DNA from: Chrysomallon squamiferum
Taxonomy: Eukaryota; Animalia; Mollusca
Assembly: GCA_012295275.1 (NCBI GenBank)
Contig: CM022674.1
Coordinates: forward strand, 1,612,001 to 1,676,000
Direction: 5' to 3'
Length of the DNA: 64,000 bases
A program made the translations under genes and the position numbers. The notes beneath the pieces were generated by a model that made no database searches, was not told where the DNA came from, and was given only the letters and a program-made list of their open reading frames with translations. Positions 53,623 to 64,000 of this stretch are shown here, one piece after another. Position 1 is the stretch's first letter; each line of letters opens with the position of its first letter.

Positions 53623-54780
53623 AAGACAGAAAGAAAAAAACAAAACAAGAAAGGAGAGAATTTAGCACTCATATCCAGCAAAGCAGCTTTTCGTTTCTGA
53701 TGTGAAAATACGTGAATGTTTCGTGTTTAATAATGGATTTGCGTTGACACAAACTGTAATCTGAGTAATACAGAGGCTGCAAGCTGGAAGCGCGTCACTT
53801 AATAATTTAACTGTCTGATTTTTATGTTTATTTTTTTTCATATATTTTTTTTTTTTCCCTTCTCTGTCTTCTCTACTTCAACTTTCGTCATAATCTACAC
53901 CTTCAACGATGTCTGGTCGTCTGTACGCCTATTTGTAAGTTACATTTTTGTTGTCTGTTCTTTTTACAGTTTATTCTTTTAAATTTTAAATTTTGTTGTT
54001 TGTTTTTTTGTAAAGATACTGACAGGTATTTTTTTATTAATTTTTTGTATTGTTTTTTTGGCTCATGATGATGATGATGGTGTTGATGGTGTTGTTGTTA
54101 CTCAATGTGTCGTCTGAGAATTGATCGCATCAGTTCATCTTTGGTTGTTTTATGTTTTTTGGTGAAACAGATGAATCTGCTTCTTTGCTGATGTCTGTTG
54201 TTGTTGTTGTTGTTGTTGTTGTGTGTAATTTGGGATACTAATTTGTGACATTGATGTTGACGACGATGACGAAAATACCGTTGCAAAATTTTTCTTTGTT
54301 AAAAATGTCTGCCGTGACTGGATCGATTTGTTTGTTGTAAGCACAGTCTGAGTGTAAACCACTGGATCAATGGAAGAGCTTACTGGTCCTGTGTGTGTCA
54401 TTGTTTTAAAAATAAAACCTTGGTCACTTTAGTAGCAGTGGGATTAGTCATTCACAGCCATCGACAGAAATAAAAGGATGAGAAATTTTTTTTTTTTTTT
54501 TTTTAAATTGTGATGAAAAAATGAGAGATTATTGCAAAAGATGACATGTTTTTTAGGAATATTGATGCTAAAAGTGGGACAGTGTTTTCTGTCTGACTGT
54601 CTGTCTGTATCACTCTCTGATTATTTCATTTCATTTTCTCTGTCTGTCTTTTACAAAAGTCATTAATCGTATATATATATATATATATATATATACCACA
54701 CTCAAAATATGTATGTATGTATGTATTCTTACGTTCATGCATACAGATAAAAGTATATAAAACACCAGCATGCATATATT

Positions 54781-54826
<46 letters not shown>

Positions 54827-56261
54827 CATACACACAAAGATACACAAACACAATCATATATATATACTGATATATTCAATGCAAATCAATAGACAAACAT
54901 TCCCCAAAAAATGATGACATGATTCCCAAAACAACAATAAAATAATAACTGTGAAATACAAAGAATTTTATTACACCATGTATTAATAATAACTATTCCT
55001 AGTTATTAGGTACACTTCAGAGTGTGGTGTGTTTCGAAAGATTACTCAATTATCATTATAATATATTTCATTTTGCCTTTGTGTGCCAGTCTGCATAAAT
55101 GTACTCTGTAATTCTAACAAGTTGCTTTGCATGTAGATTAAAACACACAGGTGTGTCTATGCTTTACTCTGAATTTGTGTCAGAGCATGAATACCGAAAG
55201 TGTGCTATATGTGTGTTCTGTATATATTATATATATTTATTAATTATCATGAGTATATGGGTTTGTATGCATAAATGTTTTTGTTTTTATAGAAATGTGT
55301 GAGATTATATACATATAGGAATGTATTTTTTGTGTGTGTGTGTGTATGTGAGTCTCTGTATGTATGCATGTGTGTTTATATATACACACACATACATACA
55401 TATATATCGTGTGTGTGTATGTGTTTGTGTGTCTGCATGGTTGTGTTTATATATTTGTATATTCATGAATGTGTGTACACCCATCCATGAATTGATTTAT
55501 CTATTTTTGTGTCTCTGTGTTTGTGTGTATGACTGTATGTGTTTGAGATCATAAATGAAATTGTATTGTGTGTGTGTGTGTGTGTGCTTTTGCGCATCTG
55601 TGTGTGTATAGATATAGATACATATCCACACATATACATACATACACTTGCACACAACCATATATAAATATATGAGTAGATGCCAGTGAGAAAGTGTACA
55701 GACACACACACAAACACACACTGTTCCATTTTTATATTGTTACATTTTCATCAAGCTGTCATACTCTCTCATAGTATACTTCATAAATAAATAATAGCCA
55801 AGAACAGAGAGAGAGAGAGAGAGAGAGATCTTTCTGCGACAACAACACATCTTTCTTTTCTTTTCTTCTTCGTTTCTCTGTGTCATGGATTTTTATTTCT
55901 TTCTTTATTGTTTTTTTTTCTTTTCTGTATTTGTTATTTCCCAGCACAGCGCAGACTGACACAGGCAGAATAAGTTGATTATGGGGAAACATATTGATTT
56001 TTGTTAGCTCACTCCAGGAACCTTGATCGCAGGCCATTGTTGCTTATTTTGTGTCAGAACATAATCACCGTGGAAAATATCGTGTTTATTTCACAGCAGA
56101 ACAGTTTTCTGTCTTGTGTGTATATCTCAGGAGAATGTGTTGTATTTAACACAGTGAAATGTGACACAGTAGATTATATATTATTAATTTATTTATTTAT
56201 TTCACTGTAGGATATTTTGTGTTAAGTCACAGCAGAATGTCGTGTATTTATTTGAGGGGAG

Positions 56262-57010
56262 TTATATCATATTTATCTCATTACAATGTATCGTATTTAT
56301 CTCACAGTAGAATATTTCACATTTATCTCACAGGAGAATATATCATATTTATCTCATTAGAAAATATCACATTTATCTCACAGTAGAATATTTCACATTT
56401 ATCTCACAGTAGAATATATCACATTTATCTCATTAGAATGTTACACATTCATCTCACAGTAGAATATATCACATTTATCTCATTAGAATGTTACACATTT
56501 ATCTCACAGTAGAATATATCATATTTATCTCATTAGAATATATCATATTTATCTCACAGTAGAATATTTCACATTTATCCCACACTAGAATATATCATTT
56601 TATCTCAGCAGAATATATTACATTTATCTCACACTAGAATATATCATATTTATCTGAGTTGAATATATCACATTTATCTCACACTAGAATATATCATATT
56701 TATCTGAGTAGAATATATCATATTTATCTCACAACAGAATATATCACATTTATCTCACAACTGAATATATCATATTTATCTCAGCAGAATATATCACATT
56801 TATCTCACAGTAGAATATATCATATTTATCTCAGTAGAATATATCATATTTATCTCACACTAGAATATATCATATTTATCTCACAGTAGATTATATCACA
56901 TTTATCTTATAGAATATATCATATTTATTTCAGCAGAATATATCACATTTATCTCACAGCAAAATATTTTGTATTTTTCTCACAGTTGTCTCACATTTAT
57001 CTCACAGCCA
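56262..57010. repeat. 22-24 bp minisatellite (AGAATATATCA(C/T)ATTTATCTCACAGT), ~30 copies
   Basis: Direct reading. Confidence 0.93.
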
Positions 57011-57940
57011 AAAATCACAAACTTACCTCAATCAGAATATCTCATATTTATATCATGCAGAGATATTTCAAAGATATTTTACAGCATTACTTTTTATGTG
57101 GCATCCCAGAATAATGTTACCTCAAATATATATATATATTTTTTTTTTTTTCTTCCTTTATTACATATCTATCACATTAATAAAATTATTACTACTAGTA
57201 ATATAAAATCTTATGATTGCCCTTGGGAAGATTAATTTTATTTTTTAATAAGCTCATGCTTTCTAGACATTTTATAACTGCCATAAACTGATACACAGTA
57301 TGAGTACAGGATTTGATGTTCATAATAAAACATTTCTTTTTCCTTTTCTTTTTTTCTTTTTTTTCTTCTTTTTTTTCTTTTTTTTTTTTTTTTTTTTTTT
57401 TTTTGTTATTCATATGACAGAAAATTAATTGCAGGATAAATACAAGTGATCATATTTAATATTTATTTATTTAATATTTAAACAAATGCATACTTGTGTC
57501 TTTTTAAAATATTGGTTAATAAAATCGCATTAATTCTTTACTTATTTTGTTAAAACTTTACTCTGAAAACAAATCTAATTGATGTCAGTCACAAAGGAAA
57601 ATAATATAATTTGTTATTTTTTTTGGGGGGGGGGCGTGTTCAGGATCAAACCCTATCATTCTTTGAATCAAGTTTTTTCCAGTTCCATCTAGACTCATGT
57701 ACAGAATAATAAGAAGCTGTTTATCACAAAAAAATGATGTAATCATTATGACAGAAAATTTTATAACTAATAATAATAAATTAATATATGTTAGGCATTG
57801 TCAATATATTTATTAATAAACATTTTGTAATATATTCCATACAAACATGTGTGTTTGTGTGTATATATATCTTTTCATACATAAGAACACACATTCTCTC
57901 TTTCTTTCTCTCTTTCTTTATTTCTCAGTCTCTCTTTCTT

Positions 57941-58016
<76 letters not shown>

Positions 58017-58302
58017 CAAAACTCCACACAGTAAAACTTGAAATTAATCACAAAACGGAACTAACCAAACCAGCAGTAACAGTCCTATCAATATACACAA
58101 GTAATATCCACGCTCAAACACAATTGTTCAGACTGCATTCATCTCGCTGACAAAGTCCAATCTGTCGACTCGGTGGATGTTACAAAGATTAACAAACACT
58201 GGCTTACACAGCACCTCACAGTAATTCCTCTAAACAAACTAATCTTCTCTCTCACCAGTAAATCAATAGATGAGAAATTACAATTTTCCTAGCAGTAATT
58301 TG

Positions 58303-58344
58303 TATACACACATACACACACACACACATACATGCATGCATACA

Positions 58345-58378
<34 letters not shown>

Positions 58379-58510
58379 CATACATACATATATATATATA
58401 CATACATATATGCATATACATACATACATACATACATACATATACATACATACATACATACATACATACATACATACATACATACATACATACATACATA
58501 CATACATACA

Positions 58511-58546
<36 letters not shown>

Positions 58547-58575
58547 CATACATCCATAATACATACATACATACA

Positions 58576-58611
<36 letters not shown>

Positions 58612-58618
58612 TATATAA
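58303..58618. repeat. (TACA)n microsatellite
   Basis: Direct reading. Confidence 0.95.
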
Positions 58619-59050
58619 TATGAAAATTGGAATTTCTTTATATTTATATTTATAAACTGACAAACATGTACAAAGATAGAGACACAGACAGACATAAATA
58701 CACACAGACATACAGACACACTGATTAATACAGAAATGCTGTTATCTGACAGCAGACAAAAACAATGCAAGAAATAACTGGCTAGGGGTTCTTTCTGATG
58801 GTCAATCTAGGATTAATCAGGATATGTTGCTTCTGGGGCTTTTTCCCATTCCAGAAATCAATAATAATAATAATAATCTGAATAATAGTAAAAATAATAA
58901 CAATAGTGACAACAACAACAACAACAACAACAACAATAATAGTAAAAATAATAACAACAACAGCAACAAACAACAACAACAACAACGACAACAACAATAA
59001 TAATAATAATAATAATAATAATGATAATGGTTACAGTAAATTATACAGAT

Positions 59051-59115
59051 GCGTGTGTAGCTCAGTGTTTAAAGTTGTTGGTTTAGAAATTGTGTGTCAC
59101 AGGTTCAAACCTTAA
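59051..59115 (+). mobile_element. Decayed tRNA-derived SINE head
   Basis: Pol III A-box-like TAGCTCAGTGT (59058-59068) and B-box GGTTCAAACC (59102-59111) at tRNA-like spacing, but no intact cloverleaf. Confidence 0.5.
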
Positions 59116-59353
59116 CAATGTCAACTTTATGTTACTTGATGTCCCAGGTATTCCTCATAATTTAATTTTTTTCGAAGCTTGTGTTTTGTTTGGGTTTTTG
59201 TTCCTGTTTTTTTTTTTTTTTCTCTCTTTTGTTTGTTTGTTCTTGAAGCTTACAAGTAAATAAATAAATGTTTAATTAGTAGCTAATTTGAAACATTTTA
59301 AAGTCAAATATTAATTTTATTTATTTATTTCTTGCTTCTTTTTTTCATTTTTC

Positions 59354-59402
<49 letters not shown>

Positions 59403-59619
59403 AATCATTTATTTTATTTTTATTTTATTATTTTATTTATTTATTTTATTTATTTTTTTACTTACTTACTTACTTAGTTATTTGTTTTACTTATTTGTTA
59501 TTTATTTTACTTACTTATTTATTATTTATTTTACTTATTTTTATTATTTATTTTAGTTACTTATTTGTTATTTTACTCATTTATTTATTTATTTACTTAT
59601 TTATCTCTCTATCTGTTTA

Positions 59620-60200
59620 CTCACTATCGCGATGATTAAACTAATTCTCGCGTCCACTGACAGAGTGATATTGCTGTGCTGTGATGTATGGGGTGTCTAT
59701 TGATACACCAGCCACATCTCTCAGCCCATTGTGGTTATTCACTGTGACCTCCACGACCGAGATCAAGCCGTGCCAGAAAGTGATCAATACATCACTACAA
59801 CGAACCTTTTAATTTTACTCAACACACTCGTGTTTACCACCGCATAACACCCTCCCCCTCCCACCCACCCCACACCCACCCCCAGCCCAGTAAACAGTCT
59901 TGCTAATAAAAGGCCACGAGAAATAGACGCTGTCTGCACGCCGATGTTTTTGGGGCAAACGTAGTTGCTTGCGCTAATCAAACTGTTTAGCGTGTTTAAT
60001 TGAAAACTGCACCAGCGAATGGATCAATAAGTTCTTGCTGCCTGCCTTCTTAGAAACGCCGACTGTGTGCTACAACTACGCTGACGTTCGCATCGGCGTG
60101 ACAGTGCTGCGGTCCTAATCAGCTGCTTCTACCAGTTGACATCGGCGTGTTACGAGGCAGCGAAGCCGTGTTAATTTCGCTTGCCTCTCTCTCGTGTCGA
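59620..60200. promoter_or_regulatory. CpG-rich island-like segment, probable promoter or enhancer
   Basis: Abrupt rise in GC and CpG against an AT-rich background, a C-rich tract at 59850-59888 and three CACGCCGATG motifs. Confidence 0.45.
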
Positions 60201-63200
60201 GTTGTGTTGTTTTGTTTGGGCTTGGATTTGCTTGTTAAAAGATATTTTTGCTTTAATTTTTTAGCCCCCAAAAAAAAGTGTTTCTCATCTTTATTTATTG
60301 TTTTTTTTTTTTTTTTTTATTTTATCAAATCAGTTTTAAGATTCCAGTGGCTTTAAAAAGTTCCAACACACCATACTAACCATGAGTTATGCCGTAACTT
60401 TGGCACTTAAAACATTTTTCTAAGTGTGAATGGATTATTCTTAAGTGATATTAGCGTTGTTACTTTGATAATGTGTTGTACTGATGTTACTGCTGTGAGT
60501 TGTTGTGTTTTATAACTTTTATAGTCTCAATAGAGGGCTGCTGTTTTACTTTATGACTGTTATTAAGTGGATTATTAAGTGTCGTTGTTTTATTGGTGTT
60601 AATTCCATTGAAATTCAACTGTTTAATGTCAGCTGTTATCCTGCCTGTGTTGTTATTTTCATCGTTTAAAATGCTCTTCTCAAGTCATGTTTACAATTGT
60701 GATAAATTAAATTAAATTTCAACCCATTCAAATTATTAAGCAGTTTTTGTTGAATTGAAATTCTGTGAAAAAAATATATCTTTGTTTTGTGAATCTGTCA
60801 AGCTTCTGTGTTGTTTCATCATTTTCAGGACTGAAAAATGCTCTTGTCAAATGTGGTCATTTTATTTGTGGTGCTGAACTGAAATTAATGATTCACTTAT
60901 TGGAGTTTCAAGCAGTGTTTATAGAAGTGAAACTCAACTTTGAAAAGTTACCATACTTGACTTGTTGTTTCATTATTTCAAGACTATAACAGTCTTGTTA
61001 AAAAATCATCATTATACATGTACTGTTGACACTAAATTTATACCTTTTGGATTATGAAGTAATGTTTTTAGATTCTTACATTCTAAGTATGAAACATTTT
61101 TCTATGGAAGTGCCATCATATTAGCTTCTGGGTTTTTTTTTTTTTTTTTTTGAAGTTGTGTTGTATTTGTGGTATTGCACTGAAAATTAAAATTTCATTG
61201 AATGGATTGTTGAATATTGCTTTTTTATGTTGGTTTTTATGGCAGAGAAATTCTACATTACAAGTCTGAGTGATGTTTGTTTGACAATCTGATCATACTT
61301 GTGTGTTTTTGTTCTGTCTTCTCAAGAATTCAAACACTCTGGATAAAAAGAAATTTGACTTTTGATTTAACTGCTTCCATTATGCTGGTGTTTTCTGATA
61401 TCTAAATCCAAGGAACTTTGTTAGAAGCTATTGTCCTCATTGTGTTTGAGTTTCAGCATCTGTTACTGTGGGGATCAGAACAAGAAACAAATTTTAAGTA
61501 TTTGGATTATAAATTTGTGGTTATGTGTTTGTGTTTGTGATAGAGAAATTCTACATTTTGAGTGTAAGGATTCTTCTTCAGAAGTGCTTCTCTAGTTTGA
61601 ATTAGCTCTCAAAGGGTAATTTTATTCTTCTTAAATGTGGTCTTTACTATTGTTGTGATGTTGAATGGAAATTGAAGTTATTAACCATTTGGATAATTAA
61701 GTAGTAATTATAGATTTGTATGTTTAGAATTAAAATTCTATAATTTTAAGTTTAAGAAACCCTCTTTTTTTTTTTTTTTTTTTTATTCAAGTGCCATCAT
61801 GCATGTTTTATTTCAAGACTAAAATATTCTTGTTAATCTTGTCATTATATACAGCTGTGGTGTTAGATGGAAGTTAAACTTTTAAACCATTTTGATTATT
61901 AAGCAGAAATTATAGATTAATGTTTGTAGAATTAAAATTCTATAATTTAAGTTCAGGAATCACATTTTGTTTTCAAATACTATCCTATTTTTTTTAGTTC
62001 CAGAATTCAAAATATTCTTGTTAAAAATGTGCTGGCTATTATGTTTTTTTTATCCAAAAGGGATATTAGAAGTTTAAGTCTACTGAATTGTTAAGAATTA
62101 TTTAATTATAATTATCTTTTGTAGCAAAATCATTGAAATCTCTTGGATCATATTATAAGTATATATATTTGTCATTTATGGTAAAGATATCATTTTAAAA
62201 AGTCTCTTGAGTAACATTACATTTTTATATTAAGTTGTGGTGTATAATTTTATTATTTCATTAAACACTATAGGCATTAGACAGACATTATATGAAATTA
62301 CAGATATACTGTTATTCTAATATTCTAAGATAATTCTTTGTAACATGCTGATATGACACCGATATTATTATCTGTAAATATCGTTGTGCTAAACCTTTAA
62401 GCTTTATTATTTGTTTATAACAATTACGTTTGATCCAAAGTTAAATATTGTTTTACCAAAAAAACAGTTTTAAATATAAAGATTGTTTTCATGTTAAACT
62501 GTGTAGACTGTAACAATTGATTTTGATTAATTAATAAATATAATTTCTCTAAAATATTTTACATGTAGAAGATTGTTTTACAATGGTATACCATAATAAT
62601 TTCACTGCTTAAATATAACAAATGTGTTTATGGTGATATTTTTAGGGTTGTTAACTATTGCTGTTTGTAAAATATCTTTTTTGCCTAAGAGCTTCTTAAT
62701 TTCAGACTAATATTACTGCTGTAATGTACTCGTTTTTATGGAGCTGTCTTTTAGATTGCTAATCATTGCTGTTTGTAAAGTATTTTAAATCTGAAACGTT
62801 TTTTAATATAATAATAATTTCAGACTAATTTTTCACTGCTTAAATACAGTGATTTTATGCAGTAATGTTTTAAGACTGTTTCTCATAGCTGTTAGTAAAA
62901 TAATTTAAATATAAAACAAAATTTCTTAATACAATAAAAAATAACAAATTTTAAAAAAAAATTTTGCACAATTCAGTTTTATAGAATATTAACTGTTAGT
63001 AAAATATATTAAATCTGACAGACTTTCTTAATAATTTGATAATTTTATATTATAAATATTGTAGATTTAAGCAGCTGAGTTCTGTAGAATATCAACCATT
63101 GCTATTATTAAACTACTTTAAAACTTAAAAAGCAATTTAGCAGAATGATATCAGAGAAATTTAACCAAATAAACACCGTCCTTCTGCTTTCTTCATTTTG

Positions 63201-64000
63201 ATGGCTTCTTCAGTATCTCTTTTAAAAGATTTTAAAACAAATATACTGTTTTTAAAACATGTCACTAAATTGATTCGTTCATCTGAACACATTTCTCCGA
63301 GTGCAAAGCACTGACGCAAGCCAAATTTGAATTTTATATGCTGCCAACCGTCACAGCATCACCAGAATATTTTAATTCTAAACAGTTTTATCCCAGACAG
63401 AGATAACAAATTGATATGACCATCCAACCATATTGTCTTAATCCATCACTATTACTTATCTCAGCTCCAGCCAGCCTCATTTCACACAGAAATACCAAAC
63501 TAACACGAACCATTGAGAGTATCATAGTATATTGTTATTACTGAAAAATATCTTAATTCTAAATAATTTTTATTTTACGCAGAAATACCAAAGTAATCTT
63601 TCTATTTAACAATATCATTCTATGCTTTATTTATTTATTTATTCCTGTTACTTAAAATATTTTAATTCTAAATAATTTTAATTTTATTTAGAAATTCCAA
63701 AGTAATATTACTGTGTGAAAAGTATTGTTATTATGACTTTATACGTCACTGTTGTTTTACCTCTAAGCGATAACAAATTAATCTGACCCTCTAACCAATG
63801 TTGTATGTCTCTTTTATCCATCATTAATACTTGTTTTAATTCCAACCAAATTTTTATTTTACGTAGACATAGCCAAACTAGCCTTGCCTCATAACTGACA
63901 ATTTTTGTACCAAAGTTTTACCATTCGGGGATGGATTGTCCAGTTTTCGGTTTAAGAGTTGACGATGTTACACCAATACTGTGTTGAGTGCAAAAACTGA

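Noticed and set aside
54098-54401. Poly-Gln/Asn ORFs as a transcription factor exon
   Set aside because: They rest on a short (TTG)n tract, with no recognisable domain and no convincing splice sites.
59051-59115. Functional tRNA gene
   Set aside because: A/B-box-like motifs are present, but the acceptor and anticodon stems do not pair. It is better explained as a SINE relic.

Overview
Very AT-rich, microsatellite-dense eukaryotic DNA. The repeat profile resembles an invertebrate such as an octopod cephalopod, but that is inference only. The one confidently identifiable gene is a 7-exon YEATS4/GAS41 on the minus strand (9983-14837), with all GT-AG junctions traceable. It carries an apparent +1 A frameshift in the last exon and a minimal ATG-GTA-TAG uORF next to its start codon. 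The first 8 kb hold a local segmental duplication, a decayed Penelope-like retroelement (GIY-YIG endonuclease) interrupted by a 10x48-bp array, a MULE transposase tail and a hammerhead-like motif. The remaining ~49 kb has no recognisable protein domain. It contains several minisatellites, islands of complex regulatory-looking sequence, a ~20-unit array of ATTGG (CCAAT-box) cores with non-repeating spacers, a recurring CACGCCGATG motif and a ~2.1-kb asymmetric fold-back (50230-52400) with a 12-nt apex loop. The fold-back is the most unusual structure and could be a hairpin RNA locus or a long-read artefact. Nearly all ORFs in the supplied track are translations of simple repeats.
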